A DNA stretch of 64,000 nucleotides, taken from assembly GCA_964291265.2 (NCBI GenBank), contig OZ219747.1:1920001-1984000 (forward strand), written 5' to 3'. A program made the position numbers and the translations under genes. The stretch comes from Alphaproteobacteria bacterium (GTDB lineage: Bacteria; Pseudomonadota; Alphaproteobacteria; SP197). The notes below the pieces were generated by a model. That model was not told the origin of the DNA. It made no database searches and saw only the letters and a list, made by a program, of their open reading frames with translations. Below, piece by piece: positions 20,212 to 29,966 of this stretch (the stretch's first letter is position 1; every line of letters starts with the position of its first letter).

Positions 20212-22614
20212 ATGGAGCAGCTGACGGGAGGTGGTGACGGCCTATGTCGGGCGTCAGTGGCCTTGTCATGCGAGGCGCCTGACTGGCGTGCGCTCTATGA
20301 GGCGGAGCGGGTTCGTGCGGATGCGGCGGAAGCGCGTATGCGGTGTGCCAGGCGAACTGGCGGAAGGTAGGGGGTGAAAGTCCCCTGGAACGAAGGAGTA
20401 ACCAAACCACGTTTCTCCGCGAGCCGTGCGTCGGTTCCCGCGAGGGGGCAGGCGAAGCGTCGGTAGCGGTACGGATGGGCAGGGCTAATGAGCACCGAAA
20501 AAGCTATCATCCGGGGTGCCGAGGCTTTCGCATTGGTCGAAGGCAACATCGCAGGCATCGATTTGGTGAGATGTCGGCGAGCCCCGCGGTGTCAGAGAAC
20601 CCATGCACGTCCGCACGCCTTCTGTTGGGACCCTGGGAGATCTTCAAACCGTCCCGCCGGTTGTGGCGGGACCGCATGGGGAAGGAGAAAACCGAAGCCT
20701 ATGATGTACGGTTTGAAGAAGTCGGATGAGGCCGTAGTACCTGTGAAGGCGGCGAACAAGGAAGCGTTAGCTTCTGCGGAGTCGCTGGAGGAAAGGGCCT
20801 CAACCAAGGGGAATCCGGGACGCTAAAGCACGCACCGAACGCAGTGTCGGGCAAGCGTGCCACAGGCGGCGGATCGGATACGGGAAGCCGCAGGCTAGTC
20901 CAGTGGTTTGCCGTCCAGTACCCGAGGTAGGAGCCGGATGGATTAACGTCCACGTCCGGATCTGCGCGGGGGGTGCGCAGCAATGCGCATCCCTACCGCG
21001 TCTGACCTGCGCCGTGCGAAGAATTCTGCCCGTGCCCGTGCGGGCACATTCAAGTTTCATCTCGACCGCACTCGTGATCAGCTCAAGGAGGCTCGCCGGG
21101 AGGTGAAGCGTGGACAGGCCCGAGCGGAGGCGCTGGAGCGGGAAAGGGACGCTCTGAAGCTCAAGAACGCTGAACAGGCGAGCGAGCTGAGGAATCTCCG
21201 CGGGACGCGTGCCAAGCACGCGACGGCGCGCTTCGGGTCGAAGAGCGAGAAACGGAAGAAGAAGGAAGGCACCGGGAACAAGCGGGGTCAGCAACCCGGC
21301 AAGAGCGGCCACGGGCGCACTCCGCGTCCGAAGCTCAAGGAGAAGCACGAACGCCATGATCCACCGGCATCGCAGCGCACGTGCCCGTGTTGCGGCGAGC
21401 CCTATGTGGCCAACGGCAGCCACGAGACCTCGATCATGGAGGTCCATGTCAAGGCTCATATCCGGCGGATTGAACGTGGGCGTTGGCGCCGTGGTTGTCA
21501 GTGTTCGTCGGCGCCTGCGGAGATCATCGCGCCGCCACCTTTGCGCTTGCTTGCGAATACCCCCTTCGGCATCAGTGTCTGGGCATGCGTGCTCTATGAG
21601 CGCTTCGCCTGCTTGCGTCCCCTGCGCCGGGTCTCGCGATGGCTGGAAGACCAGGGACTGCCGATGGCGCCGGGAACGATCGCTGGCGGCATGAAGAAGA
21701 TGACGCCGATGTTCGCGCCTCTCGCTCAGGCCATCCTCGATCATCAGAACCGGCTGACGGTGCGCCACGGCGACGAGACCAGCTGGCGCATCCAGTCCCT
21801 CAAGGCCTCGGGGCGCTCGCAGAAGGCCTGGCTGTGGACCGCGGTCAGCGCCGACTCCGTCTTCTTCCTTATCGACCCGTCACGCAGCACCCGGGTGGCC
21901 ATGGTGCTGTTCGCCTCCACCGAAGGTGTCGTCTTCCTTGTTTGCGACCGCTACGTGGTCTACAGGAAACTGGAGCGTGAGCTTGATGGCAAGGTGATCC
22001 TCTGCCTTTGCTGGGCGCACTCCAGGCGCGATGTGATCGAGGCTGCGGCAGGCCAAGAGGGGCTGGAAGAGTGGTGCGACAAGTGGCTCGACAGGATCGC
22101 GCTGATCTACACACTGAATGGGCAACGGCTGAAGCACTACGATCCCGCACGCAAGCGTCAGTCAGCGAGGTTCAATGCCCTGCAGAAGGACCTTCGTGCG
22201 GCTGTCGAGGCGCTGTTCAGGCAGGCTCAGGAGGAACTCGACGCCTTGCCCGAGGGTGCACGCGAAGCGAAGCCCTTGCGTTCCCTGATCCGTCACCGCG
22301 AGGGACTGTGCGTCTTTGTCGACCATCCCCAGGTGCCCATGGACAACAACTTTGCCGAGAGAACCCTCCGGGGTGCGGTGACCGCGAGAAAGCTGAGCTT
22401 CGGCTCCGACAGCGAGGAAGGCGCCGCCTTCACCGCCATCATGTACTCGGTCATCGGCACCCTTGCCATGAACAACATCAATGTTCGGCGCTGGCTTCAT
22501 GAGTGGCTTGAGGCCTGCGCGCAGAACGGCGGCAAGCCGCCGGATGACCTCGACCCGTGGCTGCCATGGTCGATGACCCCGGAGCGTCGAAGGGACCTCA
22601 TGGAACCGGGGTGA
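20212..22614 (+). CDS. tnpC: IS66-family transposase TnpC split by an intron: join(20212..20342,21003..22614), 580 aa
   Basis: Exon 1 MEQ...PDWRALYEAERVRADAAEARM-CG joins T-GAC-CTG in frame (R-D-L-R-R); CPCCG zinc ribbon, HGDETSW, LVCDRY, CWAHSRR and DNNFAER motifs. Confidence 0.88.
20343..21002 (+). mobile_element. ORF-less group II intron (660 nt), deletion derivative of the 4668-6586 intron family
   Basis: Same GTGTGCCAGGCGA 5' end, domains I-III and domain V/VI; RT frame has a stop at 20824-20826 and lacks ~1.26 kb; ends GCGTC instead of GCGAC. Confidence 0.9.
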
Positions 22615-22900
22615 TCGAGTGCCGTTACGACGGCCGTGACTTCACCGCGCACGAGATGGCGCTGTTGCGCTCCCTGATCACCCAGCACCCCACCCGTGCG
22701 GCCATCGCCCGCGCCTTCTGCCGCGAGACCGGCTGATACAAGCCCGACGGGGCCTCAAGAACATGATGGCGAATGTCGCCTTTCTGGCCATGCACCGCGA
22801 CGGCCTCATCACCCTGCCGCCACCCCAACGACGAGCAACCCGACCCGGACCCATCGTCTTCGGACCCAACAGCGAACCGCCACGTGGTGCGCCTCCCAAA
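22611..22900 (+). pseudogene. DUF4338 (DruA-like) N-terminal remnant inside the IS66 element; also present in the 3500-4667 copy
   Basis: RYDGRDFTAHEMALLRSLI...TRAAIARAFCRETG*YKPDG / LKNMMANVAFLAMHRDGLITLPPP; one internal stop plus a frameshift; family call from memory of the motif. Confidence 0.6.
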
Positions 22901-22930
22901 CGCATCCTCAACCGGTGAATATCACCAACA

Positions 22931-22954
22931 ATCACCGCGTGGCCGAACGCTTAC
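22931..22954. repeat. IS66 right terminal inverted repeat
   Basis: ATCACCGCGTGGCCGAACGCTTAC; identity with the 3500 copy ends exactly at TTAC. Confidence 0.85.
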
Positions 22955-23192
22955 CCTGACCCGGGGTGGTCTGCCAGGCGGGCACCTCGATGACGAAGGC
23001 TTCGATATATTGGTTCGGGATCGGGAGAGGTCCACGCGCCGGGCGCTGTCGGCCGGATCCGTGGAGGTCAAGGACCGTGATCTCGTCGCCGTGGATGATG
23101 CGGCTTGCCGACGTGATCGGGCTCATGACGCGGCATGCGGTGAAGGCCAGACATATCCTCATCTACCGGTCTGGCGCAGGTGGTCCGTTTAG

Positions 23193-23959
23193 CCCGAAGT
23201 TCCGGACGATTTTAGCAATACAACCACACCAACTAGTTGATCTTACTGATAAAAACGTACAGAGACAACATGCAAGAGTTCCCATGTAACGGTGAAACAC
23301 CCTGTTGACACAGGCAGCTGTTGCCCCCATGTACGTGGACATCGTCCCCAACCGCATGAGCCGCCCGCCACCAGTCTCTCCTCCTGGCCCATGGAGAACG
23401 TCGAAACCCTGCGGCCCTTCCAGGTCACCACGCGGCCCACGACGCTCCATAAAAAGCCCTGAACCACCTCGGCGTGCGCCTCTAGCGTTCCCAGTAGCGA
23501 CACACGCGATTCTCTCAATCGTCAATACATTCATAACGATACGTCTGAACGGTGCTGGAACTTCGGTTTAGCCCGAAGTTCCGGACGATTTCAGCGGTAC
23601 AACCACACCAAGTCGTTGATCTTGCTGATAAAAATGGCAGAGGGACAGCATGCAAATGTTCCCATGTAACGGTGGAAATATCTGTGGACACATGCGTCCA
23701 TCGCCCCATATTCGTTGCCATGTACGTGGACATAGTCCCCAACCGCATGAGGCCCCCGCCAACAATCTCTCCCCCTGGCCCATGGAGAAGGTCGAAACCC
23801 TGCGGCCCTTCCAGGTCACCACGTGGCCCACGACGCTCCGGAAAAAGGCCCTGAACCACCTCGACGTACGCCTGTAGCGTTCCCAGTAGCGACACACCCG
23901 ATCTTTTCAAACATCAATACATTCATAACGATACGTCTGATCGGTTCTGGAACTTCGGT
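23193..23959. mobile_element. Two tandem MITEs (23193-23567 and 23572-23959) separated and flanked by TTAG
   Basis: Diverged direct repeats of 375 and 388 bp, each CCCGAAGTTCC...GGAACTTCGGT; TTAG at 23189, 23568 and 23960. Confidence 0.75.
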
Positions 23960-24313
23960 TTAGCCGGCCTGCAGGGTCTGAGGGATTCTTCAATCGCCGG
24001 TGTTCGAGCAAGGGGGGACCATGATGAGGATGACGGTGGCCATGACACACTGTCCCGGTCTCGCCGGCATTCGCTCAGTTCCACGATGCCTCGATCACTG
24101 CGTGAGCGAACGCTCTCGGTGTGCCTTGCGTCGACTGGTCCAGGGCGAAATTTTGGTGCATTTGCCTGAAGGGGCGGTTGCAGCTCGTTCTCAAGGGCAT
24201 TTCCGGTGGGTTCAAGGAGTATGCCGAACTGCCGGCCCGACGGGGGTATGAAGGCTGCTTCATACCCCCTTGACAGAAGTGTGGGAAGCCAACAGGAACC
24301 GGTTGCGCCCGAA

Positions 24314-25212
24314 TCAGCGCATCCGGTCACCATAGAACACTGACCGGAAATCCATGCCCGATACATACCCCACGACACCCCGTTGGTTGGTGCCGCCGAA
24401 CTGCCCGAGGCCGCTGTAGGTTCTTGACTCCCGGCTTCCGGATTCGGTCGGAACGGACACGGTTATGCTGGGCGCAAATCTGCCATCCGTGACGGAAGTA
24501 GGGGTGGAAGACAAGGAGGAGGGTATACCTTGAATATCTATGCCGGAATAGTTCCAGACATCCTGACCTACTCTTCTGAGGGGCATATCGCACCGCTCAG
24601 GAAACCCACGGTTTTCCTGTGTTTCTGCCTGTTTCAGCGCGGATTCTGCTTGACATGTGGCGATAAATACGTCCAATATCGCATGTTCCAATTTTAGCTC
24701 CCCATGGCACCCTCCCTACCGCTCCAGCCCGCCCATGCCACACCATCGTCTACGACATCGACGGCGCAACACAACAAAATCGTCTCATTGACGTTGGACG
24801 AGGTCAGGATGTCTGAGTTCAGTGTCGCAAGGATGTCGGTTTCGCTTATGGTCACGTTGATTCTTGCGCTCCCGCTATCTTGTCCGTCAAGGAAGCCATT
24901 GACCGAGTGCCTGCCATACCACTGCCCCGACCAGGTTCCGGCGACGGTGGGCTGGCGGGTCGATGAAGCAGCAGTGATCGTCGGATTGGAGCCATCTGCT
25001 TCAAACGCCGCCCTCAATCCGTATTCCGAATGTTGAATCCCTACAATGTTGCCGCCTGCAGACAGAGTATTCCACTCTCCGAGATCGCCCAGTCCACTGC
25101 CGGCTGAAGGACCGCCGCTACTGCCACCGCAACTCCCGATCATCAAGATCATGAGCAGAACGATTGGGGTTACGACCAGATTCCTTGCAACTGAAAATGA
25201 TGAAGATCTCAT
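24314..25212 (-). pseudogene. Surface lipoprotein with a TbpB-like barrel C-terminus, interrupted by a MITE
   Basis: Signal peptide with IGS-C lipobox and GGSSGG linker; removing 24555-24820 rejoins ILATLN-YSGIDIQ in frame; ends GQFGG...VVGYV...SVFYGDRMR. Confidence 0.72.
24555..24815. mobile_element. 261-bp MITE with 15-bp terminal IRs and a 5-bp TSD
   Basis: CAGACATCCTGACCT ... AGGTCAGGATGTCTG; AGTTC duplicated at 24550-24554 and 24816-24820. Confidence 0.85.
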
Positions 25213-26451
25213 GGAAACGACCTCGCTTGTTGCTGACGGGCAAGTCGCCCGTGGTTCCAGGAAATTGAATGATGACGACATGGAAATGGTCGCCGTCATT
25301 CCACTTGGCCAGTGAGAGCTCATTGATGGCAGGGGGTTTTTCCTGCCGCTCTCAAGGGGCCTCGCACGGCGGCGTGGCCGGCCGCCGGCAATTGTTGCAG
25401 GGATCATCCTCGGAATGTCACCTGCGATGGATGAGGGGGGTGCCAGATGCCGCCAGGTGGCTCTTGCCGTGAAACGGTTCCCGACGCGGTGCGGACGTGA
25501 GTCGTCCGGCGCCATGGCTTGTGTGCCGGGGTACGGGATATCGCCGAGAGTCGTGCGAGATCCATCTTCTGAGGAGAAGGAGCGTCTGCCCTGAAGCAAC
25601 GGCACCCGGCGGCACGGCGTGAACTGCCGTGTTCCCGCGGGAGTGGCGGAGCAAAGGACAAAAGGGAACTGCTGTGCCTGCGTGGCCGGGACCCCGACCG
25701 AAAAGGCCGCACTCAGGTGGCGGGTGATCTCCTCAGGGTCATCCGCCGATACGATCCAGCGTTGGGGGGGGGGGGAAGTCGACATCGCGCGCACGTGAGG
25801 CACCCGCGCTGCGCCCGAACGACCGCAGCAGGCTGCACATCGTAACGTCGCTCGGTGTCTTCGTCATGCTTTCCATACCACAGGCAACCTCTTGTACCAC
25901 AGGCTCAGCCGCATTGCCGACCACAACATGTTCACATATTGCTCGGACATGCAACCGAGTTCAAGTTTCCGGACCATCCCACGCTTAGTTCCGCCTGATT
26001 CCCCTTGACGTCGGGCATCCATGCGTTGCACGGGTACGCCCGCATGGAAGGCTGACCGGTCCATCCGTGCACTCCGGAAAGCTGTTCACTGCCCAAGGTC
26101 AAGGTCCGCGGCCGGAGGAACGTCCGTTCCGGGACGCGCCGATGGACGAGCACCACGATCTCGGATTTCACCGCCTTGCGGGCCGCGACCCTCGTTCGGC
26201 TATGGCCGCAGATCGTCTGACCTGATCAAGCGGGTCGAGTTGATGCGATCAATGCAGGCAACGGGATCAACCTGGTCAGCAATGGAGCACACACGATCAG
26301 CCTCCCGGCCGCAGGAGCCGACACAACAGACCGATCAGTTGTCCGTTGTCCGTTTCGGCAGAGCTTGCTGCCGGGCAGGATTCGAACCTGCCATCCTTGT
26401 TCCGAGCGGCCGACCTGCGCAACCCCAGCGCCCGGCGCGGCGTGTTCGTCT

Positions 26452-27648
26452 TCAGCCTGGAGGTGCCAGTGCGGCGAGCATCTGCGCTGCGCGCAGCGGC
26501 GGCCGGCCGGTCACGATGAGCTCCGCCATGAGCTCGCCCGCTGCCGGGCTCATCATGATCCCCGTTCCGCCGAAATGCGTTGCGAGATAGCCATTCTTCC
26601 ACCTCGGCAGACGCCCGAGTGTGGGCCTTTCCAGCGACGTCGGAGTCAAGGCGAGCAGGTCGCCCCGGTGCTCCATCAGCTTGGCTTCTTCGAGGGCGGG
26701 CAGGATCTCAAGGCACTCCGACACCGTTTTGAGCTTCAACTCTTCGGTGAGCGACTCATTGAAGTCGTCGCGCCTGCTGGCACTCCCCTCGTAGGCGCTC
26801 AGGATCACCTCGCCGTTCACCTTGGGGATGATCCAGTAGTCGCCGGCCTCGAGCGTGTGAAAGGGCAGGCCTGAGGGTAGCTGGACTCGGACGCACTCGG
26901 CCATGAACGTGAGCATGGGAACGTCGACATCGAGATATGATGCAAGGGTCCGCGACCATGGACCGGCGGCAATCACGAAATGGTCGGCCTCGAGGTGCTC
27001 GCCGGAGGCGAGCTGCAACCCGGTGATCCGATCGCCTTGCGTGGTGAAGCCCACGGCCTCGCCCTGCTTCACGCGAGCGCCCAGGTGCTCGGCCGACTGC
27101 GCCAGGCCCAAGGTGTACTTGTAGGGCTCGACCTGACCCTGCGGGGTGGTGATGCCCGCGACCCACTTCGGGTGGAGTGAAGGGAAGATCTCCCGCAACT
27201 GGCGAGCGTCGAGCAAGCCGGTCTCGATGGCCCCGGCCTGATGGTACGGGGCCAGCAACCCGTCCCGACCTTTCCCGTCGACCTCCGCTTCGGTCAGGAG
27301 CGATGTGTGAAGCGATTCGCCGTACTCGATGTCGACGCCGCCGCGCTCGGCGATTTCGAGAGCCAGGCCCGGCATGCGGTCATAGGACGATGCGGCGAGA
27401 CCGTGCCAGCTGTTCGCGCTGGAGTCTTCCGGCGTTCCGGCGGCGTCCTGGTCGGAGAGGTGGCGTGATATCGTCCGAGCCATGGATTTCTGCGGATAGG
27501 GGATCACCGCCCAGGCCTTGCCGGAGGCTCTAGTCCCGATCGACTCGCGCTCCACGACGACGGAGTTCACGCCGTGTCTGCCCAGGTGATAGGCGATGGA
27601 GCTGCCGATCGCTCCGGCTCCAACGATGACGACATCGCAATGGGGCAT
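26452..27648 (-). CDS. FAD-dependent oxidoreductase (DAO/glycine oxidase family)
   Basis: DVVIVGAGAIG, VIAAGPWS and ATHFGGTGIMMSPAAG motifs. Confidence 0.88.
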   Translation of the reverse strand: MPHCDVVIVGAGAIGSSIAYHLGRHGVNSVVVERESIGTRASGKAWAVIPYPQKSMARTISRHLSDQDAAGTPEDSSANSWHGLAASSYDRMPGLALEIAERGGVDIEYGESLHTSLLTEAEVDGKGRDGLLAPYHQAGAIETGLLDARQLREIFPSLHPKWVAGITTPQGQVEPYKYTLGLAQSAEHLGARVKQGEAVGFTTQGDRITGLQLASGEHLEADHFVIAAGPWSRTLASYLDVDVPMLTFMAECVRVQLPSGLPFHTLEAGDYWIIPKVNGEVILSAYEGSASRRDDFNESLTEELKLKTVSECLEILPALEEAKLMEHRGDLLALTPTSLERPTLGRLPRWKNGYLATHFGGTGIMMSPAAGELMAELIVTGRPPLRAAQMLAALAPPG

Positions 27649-27739
27649 AGGGGGACTCCCGATGAACCTGTTTCAAGAACCCCGCCCGGCACAGCCGGAA
27701 CCAAAGCTCTCCGAGATGGTGCGATTCCGGCGTTGACAC

Positions 27740-28537
27740 CTATGTCAGTGCCTCGATGAGGGCGTCCAGGGTTCGGTTGGGGCGCTCCGCCATCATCATG
27801 TGACCGCATCCCTCGAGGACGATCAAGCGGCCATGGGGGAGGGCATCGAGGAGGGACCGGGCATGGCGCGGCGGTGTCATCATGTCGCGGTCGCCGAGGA
27901 CGAGCGTTGCCGGGCAGTTGACCCTGGCGGCCGCCTCGAGCCCGTTCGTGTAGTCGTTGCAGGCCTTCATGTCGTTGTAGAGGACGCCGTCGCCGCCGCG
28001 TTCGAGAAGACGCATGCCGCCCCCGGTGATCCACAGCCCCGGAACGTCCGAGCCTCCCAACTGGGCGGTACGGCTGTGTCCCCAGACGGTCACCATGTCG
28101 TAGGCCGCATGGCTGTTGTTCCTGGCGTTGTTCAGCAGGGCATCGGCCACGGGCATCGGCACGCTGGTACCCAGCAGCGCGATGCGTGCGCATCGCGACG
28201 GGTAGCGGGAGGCGGCTTCGAGAACGGGAAGCGAGCCCATGGAATGGCCAGCCAGGGAGGCCGTGGCCACTCCGGCGGCATCGAGAACACTGATGAGCCA
28301 GTCGGCGACGGCGCCGATCAAGGGCAGGGGCGGCCCTTCCGAGCGGCCGTGTCCGGGCAGGTCAACGGCAAGGACGGCGTGGCCGTGGTGGGCAAACCAA
28401 CGGGCCTGGGCCGACCACACCGTGCGGTTCATGGAGGCGCCGTGGACGAAGAGGACGACAGGCAGCGCCGCGTCGAAGGTCTTGCCACCGGTGGCTGCGA
28501 AGACTGCACGGCCGTCGACGGTGAGTTCCAGCGACAT
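27740..28537 (-). CDS. Alpha/beta fold hydrolase
   Basis: FVHGA, DLPGHGRS, GHSMG, D..TP and GHMMMAE motifs. Confidence 0.9.
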   Translation of the reverse strand: MSLELTVDGRAVFAATGGKTFDAALPVVLFVHGASMNRTVWSAQARWFAHHGHAVLAVDLPGHGRSEGPPLPLIGAVADWLISVLDAAGVATASLAGHSMGSLPVLEAASRYPSRCARIALLGTSVPMPVADALLNNARNNSHAAYDMVTVWGHSRTAQLGGSDVPGLWITGGGMRLLERGGDGVLYNDMKACNDYTNGLEAAARVNCPATLVLGDRDMMTPPRHARSLLDALPHGRLIVLEGCGHMMMAERPNRTLDALIEALT

Positions 28538-28541
28538 GGCG

Positions 28542-29837
28542 TCAGGCCCTGGATGCGGCGCCGAGGCCGCGCTTGAGATCCTCCATGAGATCGTCCGCGT
28601 CCTCGAGCCCGATGGAGAGGCGCACGAGTCCTTCGGAGATGCCGGCCGCCTCGAGGGCGGCCGCATCCATCTGCTGATGGGTCGTCGATGCGGGATGGAT
28701 GACCAGCGACTTGGCGTCTCCGACATTGGCGAGATGGGAAAAGAGCTGCAACGCCTCGATGAACTTCACACCCGCCTCGCGGCCTCCCTTCAGTTCGAAG
28801 CCGAAGATCGCGCCGGCTCCCTTCGGCAGCAGTCGTTTCGAGAGCTCGTGGTCGGGATGGGACGGCAGTTCTGGCCACAGGACGCTGTTGACGGCATCGT
28901 GTCCGTCAAGAAAGGCGATGACGGCGCGGGTGTTCTCGACATGGCGCGTCATGCGCAGCGGCAGCGTTTCCACGCCCTGCAGCAGGTAGAAGGCGTTGGC
29001 CGGGCTCATGCAGGCGCCAAAGTCGCGCAGACCCTCGGCACGGGCCCGCATGATGAGGGCGCCCGGTCCGAACTCCTCGGCGAAGTCGAGGCCGTGATAG
29101 CCCGCATAGGGTTCCGTGAGGGTTGGGAAGAGCCCGCCTGCCTCCCAGTCGAAGGCGCCTCGGTCGACGAGCACGCCACCGATGGCAATGCCGTGTCCGC
29201 CGAGGAACTTGGTGGCCGAGTGCATGACGAGATCGGCGCCGTGGTCGAACGGGCGCGACAGGAATGGGGAGGCGAAGGTGTTGTCGATCATCAGCGGCAG
29301 GCCGGCCTCGTGGGCGATGCCGGCGACGGCGGGGATGTCGAGGACCTCGAGACCGGGATTGCCGAGGGTCTCTCCGAAGAGAAGCCGGGTGCGCGGGCCG
29401 ATGGCCTGGCGGAAGGCATCCGGATCCCGGGGATTGACGAAGGTCGTCGTGATGCCGAAGCGTGGCAGCGTGTAGTTGAACATGTTGTGGCTGCCACCGT
29501 AGATCGATCCGGACGCGACAATGTGATCACCGTTGCCCATGAGCGTGGCCACCGCGAGGTGGAGTGCCGCCTGGCCGCTTGCGGTGGCCACCGCGCCGAC
29601 ACCACCCTCGAGACCGGCGATTCGTTCCTCGAGGACGGAGACGGTCGGATTGGAGATGCGCGAATAGATGTGGCCGGCGCGTTCGAGGTTGAACAGCGAG
29701 GCGGCATGGTCGGTCGATGGAAAGACGAAGGAGGTTGACTGGTAGACGGGAACGGCACGCGCCCCGGTCACCGGATCGGGTTTCTGTCCACCATGCAGGG
29801 CAAGGGTATCGAAACGCGGGTGTCCGGGACCGGCCAT
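28542..29837 (-). CDS. metY: O-acetylhomoserine aminocarboxypropyltransferase (sulfhydrylase)
   Basis: YSRISNPT, ASGQAA, DNTF, HSATKFLGGHG and HLANVGDAKSLVIHPASTTH motifs. Confidence 0.9.
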   Translation of the reverse strand: MAGPGHPRFDTLALHGGQKPDPVTGARAVPVYQSTSFVFPSTDHAASLFNLERAGHIYSRISNPTVSVLEERIAGLEGGVGAVATASGQAALHLAVATLMGNGDHIVASGSIYGGSHNMFNYTLPRFGITTTFVNPRDPDAFRQAIGPRTRLLFGETLGNPGLEVLDIPAVAGIAHEAGLPLMIDNTFASPFLSRPFDHGADLVMHSATKFLGGHGIAIGGVLVDRGAFDWEAGGLFPTLTEPYAGYHGLDFAEEFGPGALIMRARAEGLRDFGACMSPANAFYLLQGVETLPLRMTRHVENTRAVIAFLDGHDAVNSVLWPELPSHPDHELSKRLLPKGAGAIFGFELKGGREAGVKFIEALQLFSHLANVGDAKSLVIHPASTTHQQMDAAALEAAGISEGLVRLSIGLEDADDLMEDLKRGLGAASRA

Positions 29838-29966
29838 GGGCGCTGCTCATTCTCAGGGGAAACCGACGCACACTAGACCGCCGGTCTCCGGGCGTCCACC
29901 GTCGGCAGATTGATCCTGAACGTCCTTGCGGTAATGTCAGCGCCGCTGACCGGAGGATACCTGATC

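Noticed and set aside
23189-23963. CRISPR array or integron cassette array
   Set aside because: The long units are homologous to each other rather than unique spacers or cassettes; no cas or integron integrase gene; the terminal IRs fit MITEs.
22955-24300. Gene interrupted by the tandem MITEs
   Set aside because: Fragments on either side could not be joined into a recognisable protein.
24694-25803. 369-aa ORF as a single real protein
   Set aside because: The lipoprotein signal begins at 25212, the upstream part looks non-coding, and the C-terminus is MITE sequence.
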